NCBI GenBank assembly: GCA_963714015.1 | Contig: OY970223.1 | Coordinates: 352,001-416,000 of the forward strand | Direction: 5' to 3' | Source: Vulcanimicrobiota bacterium | Lineage (GTDB): Bacteria; Vulcanimicrobiota; Vulcanimicrobiia; Vulcanimicrobiales; Vulcanimicrobiaceae | DNA length: 64,000 nucleotides | In this document: one piece after another, positions 1 through 10,253 of the stretch | Layout: every line of letters starts with the position of its first letter | How positions within the stretch are numbered: the first letter of the stretch is position 1 | The notes under the pieces: generated by a model | Seen by the model: the letters and a program-made list of their open reading frames with translations, nothing else | What the model was told of the DNA's origin: nothing | The model's database searches: none | Program-made: the position numbers and the translations under genes

Positions 1-210
1 CAGCAGCGCAGTCAGTGAACCGAGCGTCAGAACCGCCGTAATCGCCGAGCCGCTGAGCATGCCCGCACCCATCCCCGCGGTCTTGGCCTTTTCCGCCATT
101 TCGCTGCGGGCCAGTTCGAGCTCTTGGCGTACGAGCAATCCCAGGTCTTGGGAAAGCTGCTTTATGGAGCCCGCCAGGCCTTCATTATTTTGTGCGTTCT
201 CTCCGTTCAT
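1..210 (-). CDS. Phage holin family (actinobacterial holin-X-like) membrane protein, 3' part outside window
   Basis: Manual translation (not in ORF track): MNGENAQNNEGLAGSIKQLSQDLGLLVRQELELARSEMAEKAKTAGMGAGML...; the LVRQELELARxEM motif is typical of the family; AGGAG RBS upstream. Confidence 0.75.
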   Translation of the reverse strand, partial: MNGENAQNNEGLAGSIKQLSQDLGLLVRQELELARSEMAEKAKTAGMGAGMLSGSAITAVLTLGSLTALL

Positions 211-356
211 CGTCGTTGCAAAGCTCCTGTCGACTCTTCCGGGGGCATCTACCCAAGGGGCTGGGTCACCCTAACACCGCGGTAGCCGCTCTTGTCCGTT
301 GTTTGAATCGTGCGGCACTGTGGGAAACGTTGCATCGACGACAAGGGAGAGTATGC

Positions 357-800
357 ATGCCAGGTAAAGCCAAACGCTCAACGCGCAAATCGACGGCCGG
401 TTCGAAAAAGCAGTCCAGTAAGAAGACGTCCGGCGTCGGAAAGGCCACGCGCGCTGCGAAAGGCGCGTCGAAGAAAGTCTCGCGGGCGTCGAAAGCCGGA
501 ACTAAGAAGGTCGCGGCGGCTGCGAAGGGAGCCGGAAAGTCCGTCACCAGCAAAGCCAAAGGCGCAACCAAGAAGGTAACCGCTACGGCAAAACGGGCAG
601 CGAAAAATCCGCGGCGAACCGTCAGGAAGGCCGCGGCGAACGTCAGCGATACCGCCGGCAAAGCCCGCGTGCTCGGCGAGCAGGTTGTGACGGTCGGCGA
701 AGTCATTCAACAAACGGCGGACGCCGTCGATGCTTTTGCTCAGCGCGCGGATCAGCGCGTGCGCAAGGCCGGCACGGGGACCAAACGCCGGTCTCGTTGA
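357..800 (+). CDS. Lys/Ala-rich basic, histone H1-like protein
   Basis: ATG 357 after AAGGGAGA; repeated KKV-x3-AKG units; very basic composition. Confidence 0.6.
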   Translation: MPGKAKRSTRKSTAGSKKQSSKKTSGVGKATRAAKGASKKVSRASKAGTKKVAAAAKGAGKSVTSKAKGATKKVTATAKRAAKNPRRTVRKAAANVSDTAGKARVLGEQVVTVGEVIQQTADAVDAFAQRADQRVRKAGTGTKRRSR

Positions 801-821
801 TCGAGTAGAAAGACTTGGCTT

Positions 822-1277
822 TTACGTCGCGATCAGGACTTGCGGGGCGAGCTCTTTGATGCGCGTCTCCAGCCACTCTGCTTGACGCACGGTTTGAGAA
901 GGCAGCGTGTTGCACAACTCCAGCAGCTCGTCGTCGCGCAGCGCTGCAGCGAGCTGCCCCGCGATCGTCCAACCGCCATGGGCGTCGATGACCAGCAAGT
1001 GCAGATCTTGCAGGTCGCGCAGCAATCCGAGTCCGCCTTTGCGCTGTCCCTTGAACAAAACGCCGGCAAGAATGTGCGTGCTGAGCGCCGGTACGCCGGG
1101 AAAGCGCTTTAAGACCGGTTCCAGCGATGCATGATGCTCCCGCGACCAATTTGAGAATATGTGCAGTATCGCAGTCACGTCGGGTTGATCGTTGTGGCGC
1201 TCGGCTACCGATGTGAACGAATCCGTCAAAACCTTTTCGTTTTCCGCGAGCAGACGAAGATGGTTGCCGGCATGCAT
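822..1277 (-). CDS. Helical hypothetical protein coupled to the molybdopterin oxidoreductase
   Basis: ATG at 1277 lies 1 nt after the oxidoreductase stop; GLGLLRDLQDLHLL...AAALRDDELL segment. Confidence 0.6.
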   Translation of the reverse strand: MHAGNHLRLLAENEKVLTDSFTSVAERHNDQPDVTAILHIFSNWSREHHASLEPVLKRFPGVPALSTHILAGVLFKGQRKGGLGLLRDLQDLHLLVIDAHGGWTIAGQLAAALRDDELLELCNTLPSQTVRQAEWLETRIKELAPQVLIAT

Positions 1278-1278
1278 G

Positions 1279-3581
1279 CTATTTCTCCACCGATGAAATT
1301 TGGACGGCCGCGTACTTGAAGTAAGGCTGTTTGCTGACCGGATCCCATTCGGCAATCGTCAATTCATTAGCCGCGCGCGGGCTGTGCTCGTCATCATCGA
1401 AGTACCCATAGTGGAACGGCATGAAGAGCGTGCCGGGCTTGATGATTGCAATGCGGCATCGCGCTCGTGCGCGTCCTCGCCGGGAACGAATCTCCAGCAG
1501 CGCACCTTCTCGAGCACCGTACCGGTCCGCGTCCTCTTGGCTGATCTCGACAAACGCATCGGGCGCCGCCGCGTTGAGTTCACTTGCCCGCGCTGTTTTC
1601 GTCCGCGTATGAAAATGATACACGATTCGCCCCGTTGTTAGGTAGAACGGATAGTCGCTATCGGGCTGCTCGATCGGCGGTTCATAATCAGAGGGCTTGA
1701 TGATTGCCTTGCCGCCCGGATCGAAGGCCTTGTACTTCTGCGGCGTCACGAGCGCCCCGGTCGTGAGATCGTGGCCGTAGTCTTCCGCTCTAGAGAATGC
1801 TGTATTGAATATACCGTCGGTGTACAGCCTTTCGGTTCCGCCGGGCGCGTCTCCATTACAAGGCCATTGGATGCCGGAACCTTCAGAGAGTTTTGCGTAC
1901 GAGAGGCCGGTGTAATCGCAAAAGCGTCCGGCAGTACAGGCTTTCCATGCCTCGAAAGCGCCTTCTGCGTCGTCCCATTTTAGGAGCGGCGCGCCGTCCT
2001 TATCCCGAAAATCCATGCGTCGCGCGTAATCCAGAAAAATGTCAAGGTCCGAACGTGCCTGCCCCGGCGGATCGATGGCTTTGTGCGAAATGTGAACGGT
2101 GCGGTCGGCGTTCGTGTAGGTGCCGGTTTTTTCGCCCCAAATTGCCGCCGGCAGCACGACATCCGCGAACTGCGCCGTCTCCGTCATGAACGCGTCTTGC
2201 ACGACAACGAACAAGTCGCGTTTCTGCAAGATTTTCCGAATGCGGTTCAAATCGGGCAACGTTACCGCCGGATTCGTGGCAACGATCCACAACAGTTTTA
2301 TGGAACCCTCTTCGCAGAACTTCATGATCTGCATGATGTGGGTCGGATGGGCCCAGTGAGGGATATTTTTCGACTCCACGTTCCAGATGCGCGCCAGATC
2401 TTCCATGTCTTCGGCGTTTTGCGGATTGCGGAACGCCGGATATTCGCCGTCGGCCCCGGTCTCACGCGTATTTTGGGCGCTCGGCTGCCCGTTCATTTGA
2501 AAAATGCCGCATCCCGGCTTGCCGATCATCCCGCGAATAATGTGGATGTTGTTCACCTGACACGCCGCCGCCGTGGCCTGATGCGATTGATACACGCCCT
2601 GCAGCGCGGTCGAGACTAGTCGCGGCGACGTGCCGATGATTTCCGCGGCACGCTGAAGATCGTTGAGCGGCACTTCGCAGACCTGTGCCGCTCGTTGCGG
2701 GGTCCACGATTGCACGGTTCTTTCCAAGCCGTCGAATCCGACTGCATGCGCCTCAACGTAATCGCGGTCGAACCAGCCGCGCTCGAGGATGATGTGTATA
2801 ATACCGTTCAGCAGCGCGACGTTCGTTCCTAATCGCGGAGTCAGGTGCACCGTCGCTTTGGATGCGGTTTCGGTCGTTCGCGGATCGACGACGACCAATT
2901 TGGGCGGATTCGAGCCGGCAAAGCCGGTCCAGAATGCGCGACCACAATACCGTTTGCTGCGAAGCCATATTGTGGCCGACTAAAAAGAGTGCATCGGCCG
3001 TGTCCATGTCGGTAAAACTGGCGGGCTGCCCGTCAGAGCCGAAGCTCTCTCGCAAGGCTGCCGCGGCCGTTGCCGTGCACAGGCGCGTGTTGCCGTCCAT
3101 GTGAATCGTGCCGAGGCCTGCTTTACCGATAAGGGTAAGCGTATAATACTCTTCCAAAAATCAGCTGACCGCTGCTGTAAAACGCGATCCCGGCACTTGT
3201 CGATGTAGCGAGAACTTCTTTAGTGCGCTCCGCGATCGCGTTCATCGCGTCGTCCCATGTCGTCTCCCGGTGCGCCTTGCCGCTTCGGACAAGCGGCGCC
3301 CGAAGCCGATCGGCTGCGAGGTTGGCTTCCCATCCGTGCAGGCCCTTAGGCCCGAGCCGGCCCCGGTTTACGCGATCGATCTCGCGTCCTCGTACGCCTA
3401 CAATGCGTCCGTCCCGGACGCCGATATCCATTCCGCATCCGTTCGAGCAAAGAACGCAAGCGGATTGCACCCAGCGCTCCGGAGTTTCAAGTGTTCGCTC
3501 GTCCGTGCGAACGGGCCAATCCCCGAAGTAAGGCGTGCGTTCACCCCAAACGTCCTTGATACTATCTCGGCTCGATGTCAT
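1279..3581 (-). CDS. Mo-bisPGD oxidoreductase, Nas/NapA-like nitrate reductase family (split by 2 frameshifts)
   Basis: ORFs 3123-3581, 2753-3157 and 1279-2898 join; CVLCSNGC Fe-S motif, NTRLC Mo-ligand, GQPSAQ, ADVVLPAAIWGEKTGTYTN, and C-terminal LTTGRIVYHFHTRTKT. Confidence 0.85.
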
Positions 3582-3645
3582 TGCGTATTACTACCCCGGC
3601 ATGCATTGGTGCATCCCGGCGGTACGGCACAAAAACGCGAGCGAG

Positions 3646-3687
3646 CCACAAGTAAGGTTTTGAGAGATAAATCATACTTACTTGTGG
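3646..3687. promoter_or_regulatory. 11-bp perfect inverted repeat in an AT-rich divergent promoter
   Basis: CCACAAGTAAG (3646-3656), 20-nt spacer, CTTACTTGTGG (3677-3687). Confidence 0.5.
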
Positions 3688-3726
3688 TTTAATTATCGTT
3701 TTTATGTTTAAAGTGCAACTTATTCT

Positions 3727-5013
3727 ATGGGAAAGTTCGAGCGTCGATCCTGGCTCCCCGAGTTCCGAACTGGACTGCCGCGGCGCGACCGCCAGGGCGG
3801 TTCCTATTCCGTCTACATTCCTGACACACTCGTCGACCGTGCATTTTCTCTGGGCGGCGAAGAAGCGGCGGACGTGGCCGACGCGGAGCGCGTTATCTCG
3901 GATCTCGATCGAACCGCAACGACGCTAGCGCATACGGAAGGTTTGGCGCGTCTGTTGCTGCGCGCAGAGTCGGTTGCATCATCGCATATTGAAGGCTTGG
4001 TAATCGGCCCGCGCCGGTTACTGAGAGCCGATGCTGCACGGCAACACGGCAACGATTCCGGGGATGTCACTGCGGCTGAAGTGCTCGCAAATATTGACGC
4101 TATGGCTTATGCGATGCAAGCGGTGAACGCCGGCGGCGCTATCACGCCGGCACTCCTGCGCGAAACGCATCGGCGCCTGTTTGAACCAACAACGCTCAAA
4201 GATCGCGGCGGCGAGACGCGTAAGCTGCAGAATTGGATCGGCGGCAGCAGTTACAATCCGTGCTCCGCATCCTTCGTTCCCCCGCCGTGGGAAGTGGTCG
4301 ATCCGCTTCTCGATGATCTTTGCGCGTTTTGCAACGATGACTCGCTGCCGACTGTCGCGCAAGCCGCGATCGCACACGCGCAATTTGAGACAATCCACCC
4401 GTTTATCGACGGCAACGGGCGAATTGGACGCGCGCTCATCCACCTCATTTTCCGGCGCCGGAAGCTCACGACAACGGTTTCACCGCCGGTCTCGCTTGTT
4501 TTGGCTACGCGTGTCGAAGACTACATTGCCGGATTGGGTGCTACGCGTTATATTGGCGAACCGGATTCAAAGGAAGCTCGCGATGGCCTCAATGTGTGGC
4601 TTGGCACTTTCGCTGCCGCGTGCACTCGCGCTGCCGGCGATGCAATCGCCTTTCAACAACGGATCTCGGCGATTCAAGACAGGTGGCGCGAGAGACTCGG
4701 CCGCGTCAACCGGCATTCCGTCGTCCTGCGCATCATCGATCTTCTTCCGGGTTCGCCAATCATCACGATTGCGGACGCGCAACGCCTAACCGGCGGCAGT
4801 AAGTCGAGCGTCATCGAAGCGATGCGCCGTCTCGAGGCCGCCGGCGCGATCGCGACACTCACCGCCGGTCGACAACGCGGGCACTCGTATCAAGTGAAGG
4901 ACGTGGTCGACGCATTTATCGATCTCACTCTGATTGGGGCGCCCGTTGCCGAGGTGCCCCAAGGCGTTCTTAGGAAGAACGCGCCGGACGCGGCGCGAAA
5001 CGCAATTTTCTGA
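3727..5013 (+). CDS. Fic family protein with C-terminal HTH
   Basis: Canonical HPFIDGNGRIGR motif; ESVASSHIEG inhibitory-type motif. Confidence 0.9.
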   Translation: MGKFERRSWLPEFRTGLPRRDRQGGSYSVYIPDTLVDRAFSLGGEEAADVADAERVISDLDRTATTLAHTEGLARLLLRAESVASSHIEGLVIGPRRLLRADAARQHGNDSGDVTAAEVLANIDAMAYAMQAVNAGGAITPALLRETHRRLFEPTTLKDRGGETRKLQNWIGGSSYNPCSASFVPPPWEVVDPLLDDLCAFCNDDSLPTVAQAAIAHAQFETIHPFIDGNGRIGRALIHLIFRRRKLTTTVSPPVSLVLATRVEDYIAGLGATRYIGEPDSKEARDGLNVWLGTFAAACTRAAGDAIAFQQRISAIQDRWRERLGRVNRHSVVLRIIDLLPGSPIITIADAQRLTGGSKSSVIEAMRRLEAAGAIATLTAGRQRGHSYQVKDVVDAFIDLTLIGAPVAEVPQGVLRKNAPDAARNAIF

Positions 5014-5044
5014 TGCGCTCTAACAGTCGCTAAGGGGAGTCGTT

Positions 5045-5509
5045 ATGCGTTTTGCCGTCCTGTCACTTGCGTTTATTCTCGGCTTTACCGCTGTTGCGGC
5101 CGCGGGCAACGCGGCGCCGCCGCTTCCGCCGCAGCCGAAGGTCCACCCCGCCGGCATTCCGGCCGATGCGATGCTCGTATCACCTTGCGTTCGCGGAATG
5201 GGCGAGCACTGGGCGAACCCCAAGAACCTGCCCCTGGGACCAATCTACGGCACTTACCAGGGCAAGCCGGTGTTCACCGAGATCATGATCGACAAGAAAG
5301 CGTTTGCGGCAGGGCGCAGTGACGTAAACTTGTTGAAGGCGCTGCCCGGCTATCACATCGACCACGTGGACGTCGACTACGTTCCCTATGGTCATGCCGG
5401 ATATCCGATCCCGCATTATGATTTGCACGGCTATTACGTCCCGCACGCTGTTCATGAGCGTTTTTGTCCCAACGGCGAGCGGGAGGTTACCGCACCGATG
5501 GTGCCCTGA
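5045..5509 (+). CDS. Secreted His-rich protein (DUF5602/TTHB210-like)
   Basis: Signal peptide; MGEHW and GHAGYPIPHYDLH motifs. Confidence 0.55.
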   Translation: MRFAVLSLAFILGFTAVAAAGNAAPPLPPQPKVHPAGIPADAMLVSPCVRGMGEHWANPKNLPLGPIYGTYQGKPVFTEIMIDKKAFAAGRSDVNLLKALPGYHIDHVDVDYVPYGHAGYPIPHYDLHGYYVPHAVHERFCPNGEREVTAPMVP

Positions 5510-5521
5510 GCGAGTAGTCCG

Positions 5522-5866
5522 ATGTTTTTTTCGGTCGAGGATTACATCAAAGCTCAGCCGGCGCGCGCGCAGGATGCGCTAAGGCGCGTGCGTGATGCCA
5601 TTCGTCAAGCGCTGCCCCAAGCTGCTGAAGGCATTTCCTACAATATGCCGACCTACAAAATCGGCGGAGTGACCGTTTTGCAGTTCGCGGCTTGGAAGCA
5701 GCATTATGGTTTGTATCTGTCGACCAAGCCGGTGGTCGAAGTCTTCAAGGACGAGTTGACGGCGTGCAAGATCGAAAAAGGAACGCTTCGCTTCTCGTAC
5801 GCCGATCCGGTTCCGGACCGCCTCATCGGAAGAATAGCCAAGTTTCGCGCCGACTACAAGGCTTGA
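5522..5866 (+). CDS. DUF1801 / YdhG-like protein
   Basis: AEGISYNMPTY...FAAWKQHYGLY...KGTLRF pattern. Confidence 0.8.
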   Translation: MFFSVEDYIKAQPARAQDALRRVRDAIRQALPQAAEGISYNMPTYKIGGVTVLQFAAWKQHYGLYLSTKPVVEVFKDELTACKIEKGTLRFSYADPVPDRLIGRIAKFRADYKA

Positions 5867-5992
5867 TTAGGTGCTCTTGCCGGCGCCCCCGTAGAATTCA
5901 TTGACGATCGCTTTCGGGCGCTCGAGTACTACAAATATAGTTAAGCCGCTGCGTGGGATTCCAAACATCTGCAGCGGTAAACTTGGCGTACT

Positions 5993-7480
5993 ATGCATCC
6001 CATTGCAGGCAGCGAGAGAAAACCGGTCCATGGCGCCCGCGCCGTCCGAGAGGCGGATCCGCAGGAGCGGGTCGAGGCTACCGTTGTTCTACGGCGCCGT
6101 TCGAGCCCCAAGAAAAAGCGCATGACGCACCACGAATTTGCTTCGCAATGCTGCGCTGATGCAAAAGACCTGGAAGCGATTCGAGCGTTTGCTGCAGCAG
6201 AGGGGCTGCAAATCCTCGGCGAGCATCCCGAACGGCACATCGTCCGTCTTGCCGGAACGGTGCAGCAGTTTAACAAGGCGTTCAACGTCGCTCTGCGGAT
6301 TTTCGAGCATGCAGCCGGCTCGTATCGCGGCAGAACGGGCTCCGTTCACGTGCCGCAAAATCTGCGTGAGATCGTTACTGCGGTGCTGGGCTTAGACAAC
6401 CGCCCGCAAGCGCGTACGCACTTCCGAGTTGCCGTTTCGCCGGCCACCACGTATTCGCCGGTACAGGTGGCATCGTTGTACGATTATCCAACGTCTTCAA
6501 ATGGACAAGGTCAATGCATCGGAATCATCGAGCTTGGCGGCGGCTACGCCGAGTCCGACTTGCAGACGTATTTTTCGGGACTGGGTCTCAAGGTACCGGA
6601 GATCGTCGCCGTACCGGTCGACGGGGCGCAAAATTCTCCGACCGGCCAAGTCGATGGTCCGGACGGTGAGGTGATGCTGGACATCGAGGTCGCCGGCGCC
6701 ATTGCGCAAGGCGCCAAGATCGCCGTCTACTTTGCTCCCAATACGGATGCCGGGTTCTTGGACGCGATCACCACTGCGGTGCACGATACGACGAACAAGC
6801 CGTCGGTGGTATCGATCAGCTGGGGCGGACCCGAATCGTCGTGGACGTCCCAAGCGATGACATCGATGGACAGTGCCTTTCAAGATGCCGGCACGCTGGG
6901 AATCACCGTTTGCTGTTCATCGGGAGACAGCGGCTCGAGCGACGGCGCGTCGAGCGGCAATCAGGTCGACTTTCCTTCGTCGAGTCCGCACGTGCTTGGG
7001 TGCGGCGGCACGAGTCTGCAGAGCGCCGGCGGGAAGATCACTTCGGAAACGGTTTGGAACGACGGGGCCTCCGGCGGTGCGACGGGCGGCGGCGTAAGCA
7101 CGGTTTTTGCGCTGCCTGCTTGGCAGCAAAAACTCTCGGTAACCGAAAACGGCACGGCGGCGCCCTTGCAGATGCGCGGGGTTCCGGACGTCGCCGGAAA
7201 TGCGGACCCCAATACCGGTTACAACGTGCGCGTGGACGGACAAGACGCAGTTTTCGGCGGGACGAGTGCCGTTGCGCCCCTCTGGAGCGCACTCATTGCG
7301 ATTGCCAACGCTTCGCGCAGTTCGACGGTCGGGTTCGTTAACGCTCAGATTTACGGGGACGAAACGGATTTCAACGACATCACGAGTGGAAACAACGGCA
7401 GCTTCTCGGCCGCGAAGGGGTGGGACGCGTGTACCGGCCTCGGATCGCCGAACGGGTCGAAAATCGAAAGCGTGCTGTAA
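5993..7480 (+). CDS. S53 peptidase (kumamolisin/sedolisin)
   Basis: Prodomain plus GEVMLDIE, SSGDSG, GGTSAVAP and GWDACTGLGSP. Confidence 0.92.
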   Translation: MHPIAGSERKPVHGARAVREADPQERVEATVVLRRRSSPKKKRMTHHEFASQCCADAKDLEAIRAFAAAEGLQILGEHPERHIVRLAGTVQQFNKAFNVALRIFEHAAGSYRGRTGSVHVPQNLREIVTAVLGLDNRPQARTHFRVAVSPATTYSPVQVASLYDYPTSSNGQGQCIGIIELGGGYAESDLQTYFSGLGLKVPEIVAVPVDGAQNSPTGQVDGPDGEVMLDIEVAGAIAQGAKIAVYFAPNTDAGFLDAITTAVHDTTNKPSVVSISWGGPESSWTSQAMTSMDSAFQDAGTLGITVCCSSGDSGSSDGASSGNQVDFPSSSPHVLGCGGTSLQSAGGKITSETVWNDGASGGATGGGVSTVFALPAWQQKLSVTENGTAAPLQMRGVPDVAGNADPNTGYNVRVDGQDAVFGGTSAVAPLWSALIAIANASRSSTVGFVNAQIYGDETDFNDITSGNNGSFSAAKGWDACTGLGSPNGSKIESVL

Positions 7481-7681
7481 CCGGCGGGCCTGGGCGGCCG
7501 TATGGAACCGAGCGATAATGCCCTTCCATGGTCCATAGGGCTTAAGGCCGGGGCTATATGCAAATTGCACCCTTTACTCGCTCTTAATGCCGCCGTAGAG
7601 TCATAATTACACTGGCTGTGGCGGGCGTGGAGGCGCCCGGCCGGTTTTTGTTCTTGCTGCACTCAGCGATTTAGGAGGCTC

Positions 7682-10087
7682 ATGCGAAGTTTTTCTCGCT
7701 TGACGGCGTCGGCGCTTATGCTGACGCTGTCTTTTACTGCATGCGGCGGCCACGATTCGTCGCTACCAACAGCCCCTCCGGGCGGCCCAACGGGCCAGTC
7801 CGTTTCTCAAACGCCAAGCACGCCGGCGTCCCCCGTCATATCCGTACCGAGAACGTTCGGCGCTCTTGCATTTAGCGATAGTGGACGCCGGCCCGCTAAT
7901 CAGCCGGTCAGAATAGCGCTGACGTTACGCTATAACCATCAGGCCGAACTCGACCGCTTCGTGGCCGAGGTCAGCAATCCGCACTCCGGCATGTACCGGC
8001 ATTTCCTGACGCCCGCGCAGTTCAATGCGTATTACGCTCCGACGGCGCAGCAGGAACAAAGCGTAATGCAAGCACTGCGCAGTGCCGGTTTCACCATTAC
8101 GCAGCGCTATCCGAACCGTACGATCGTCGACGCGACGGCTCCAAGCGGGACGGTCGAGCGATTCTTCAGCACCGAAATCCACACGATGCAGCAAGGCAAG
8201 TACGGCACGCGGTACGCCAACGTCAAGCCGGCGACCGTGCCAGCCTCCATATCGCCCTATATCTTGACTGCTTCGCTCAGCAACCTCGTCGTCGCACGCA
8301 CTCAAGTCGATCAGGACGGCGGCGTCGTACACAACCCGCAAAACATTGTGGTGACGCGTACCAAGCAGCAGAACCCCGGGAACCCGAACGAGTTGCCCGC
8401 ATCGATGCGCAAGTACGCCTCGGGCTGCAGCGGACAGTTGCTGCTCAATCCGGGTTTCGAATCCGGCGATGTCGACTGGAGCGATCCGAACGGCGACATC
8501 TACGATTACTACCCCTACGCCTACCAGGGCAACTGGTTCACGTGGATCGACGGATACGATTATCCGGTGACCGATCCGGGCGTGACGCAGACGGTCAACA
8601 TTCCGTCGGGCTGCACTGCAACGCTAAGCTACTATCTCTTCGTCGGAAGCAATGAACCCAATACACCGACCGACTACTTCTATGTAACCGTCAACGGCAC
8701 GACGGTTCAATCGTTCAATAACACGACGAACACCGGCGGCGGCTACGTCAAGAAGAGCGTGAGCCTCTCGTCCTACGCCGGACACAGCGCGACGATCAAG
8801 TTCTACGGCGTCCAAAACGGATCGCAAACGACGAACTTCTTCATCGACACGACCGCGGTGACACTGAGCGGTGGAGGATCACCGTCGCCGTCACCCTCGC
8901 CGACGCACTCACCGTCGCCGACACCTTCGCCGTCGCACTCACCGTCGCCGACGCCCTCACCGACACACTCACCGTCGCCGACGCCCTCACCGACACACTC
9001 CCCTTCACCCACACCTTCGCCGACGGCAACTCCGTCCGGCGGCTGCAACGCTTCGGCGCCTGACAGCGGACCCTTCACGAACTCTTCCGGAACGCTGGCG
9101 ACCGGCGTGGCGGATCCGTTCGACTTCCCGGTTCAGCACGGATGTAACGGCGCGGGCTACACCGCGGCCGTCATCATCGACGATCCGGTCAACACCAGCT
9201 ACGTGAAGACTTATCTTTCCGCAGCCGGCGTGACGCAGACCGGCACGATCACCAATGAAGCCGTCGACGGCGGCGGCAGCGGCGACGACGCCGAGACCGA
9301 CCTGGACGTCCAGACGATCTCGGGACTGGCGCCGGGCGCCAATATCATCGTCTACGACATGGGATCGCTTGCCGATCAGAACATCGAAGACGCTTATAAC
9401 AAGGCGCTCAGCGACGGAAAAGCGAGCGCGGTGAACTCCTCGTTCGGCGGATGCGAATCCAGCGATCCGTCATTCGAATCGGCGACCAACTCCATCGCGC
9501 AGCAAGGCGCGTCGGAAGGCGTCGAATTCTCCGCATCGGCCGGTGACTCCGGAAGCAACGAATGCAGCGGCAGCAAGGGCGTAAGCGCACCTGCCGGCGA
9601 TCCGTACTTCACTTCCATCGGCGGCGTGAACTTCACGTACAACAGCAGCGGCGTACTGACCAGCGTGACCATGGGCAGCGAAAGCGGCTACTCCGGCGGC
9701 GGCGGCGTTTCGACGATCGTTCCGCTTCCGAGCTGGCAGAGCGGCATCGCCGGCATGATCACGTCCGGCCGTAACCAGCCCGACATTTCGCTGCCGTTCG
9801 ATCCGGTTGCGGTCTACACCGGCGGCGCGTGGGGGGATTACCTCGGCACGTCGTGGTCTTCACCCGCATCGGTCGCACTCTTCATCGAAGCAGATCAACT
9901 GCATGGTTCGAAGCTCGGATGGCTCAATCAGACGATCTACAGCCTGTTCTCGTCGACTGGGTATAACGATTACTTCACGCCCTGCACTTCGGGAAGTAAC
10001 GGCGCGTACTCGTGCAACGCCAGCGAGTATAATCAAGCCGCCGGCATCGGCGCTCCGAAAGGCTGGGCACTAGCGAACGCGCTGTAA
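7682..10087 (+). CDS. S53 peptidase lipoprotein with an inserted beta-sandwich domain and Pro/Thr linker
   Basis: Lipobox FTAC; pro-kumamolisin domain; ETDLDVQ, SAGDSG and GTSWSSP; AGGAGG RBS. Confidence 0.85.
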   Translation: MRSFSRLTASALMLTLSFTACGGHDSSLPTAPPGGPTGQSVSQTPSTPASPVISVPRTFGALAFSDSGRRPANQPVRIALTLRYNHQAELDRFVAEVSNPHSGMYRHFLTPAQFNAYYAPTAQQEQSVMQALRSAGFTITQRYPNRTIVDATAPSGTVERFFSTEIHTMQQGKYGTRYANVKPATVPASISPYILTASLSNLVVARTQVDQDGGVVHNPQNIVVTRTKQQNPGNPNELPASMRKYASGCSGQLLLNPGFESGDVDWSDPNGDIYDYYPYAYQGNWFTWIDGYDYPVTDPGVTQTVNIPSGCTATLSYYLFVGSNEPNTPTDYFYVTVNGTTVQSFNNTTNTGGGYVKKSVSLSSYAGHSATIKFYGVQNGSQTTNFFIDTTAVTLSGGGSPSPSPSPTHSPSPTPSPSHSPSPTPSPTHSPSPTPSPTHSPSPTPSPTATPSGGCNASAPDSGPFTNSSGTLATGVADPFDFPVQHGCNGAGYTAAVIIDDPVNTSYVKTYLSAAGVTQTGTITNEAVDGGGSGDDAETDLDVQTISGLAPGANIIVYDMGSLADQNIEDAYNKALSDGKASAVNSSFGGCESSDPSFESATNSIAQQGASEGVEFSASAGDSGSNECSGSKGVSAPAGDPYFTSIGGVNFTYNSSGVLTSVTMGSESGYSGGGGVSTIVPLPSWQSGIAGMITSGRNQPDISLPFDPVAVYTGGAWGDYLGTSWSSPASVALFIEADQLHGSKLGWLNQTIYSLFSSTGYNDYFTPCTSGSNGAYSCNASEYNQAAGIGAPKGWALANAL
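8879..9028 (+). repeat. Five ~30-nt tandem units encoding a SPSPTPSPTH linker
   Basis: tcaccgtcgccgacgccctcaccgacacac-type units, in frame within the S53 gene. Confidence 0.85.
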
Positions 10088-10109
10088 CGCTCGCACCGCA
10101 CTTCGCCTG

Positions 10110-10145
10110 GGAAAGGCCCTGTATTTACAGGGCCTTTCCTCTTCA
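10110..10145 (+). terminator. Stem-loop downstream of the S53 gene
   Basis: GGAAAGGCCCTGTA-TT-TACAGGGCCTTTCC perfect inverted repeat; weak U tract. Confidence 0.6.
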
Positions 10146-10253
10146 AGAACCGCAATTATGGCGCGTACGCGGCGAAATACTCCTTTTTGCCGTTTCCGCG
10201 GCTTTTTCGGTACGGTCCGACGGCGATGGAGAGCGTTGGAAGAATTCCTAAGC

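Noticed and set aside
1..210. Prophage inferred from the holin-family gene
   Set aside because: This family is common outside phages and no phage genes are adjacent
8879..9028. CRISPR-like repeat array
   Set aside because: No spacers; an in-frame Pro/Thr linker with no cas genes nearby
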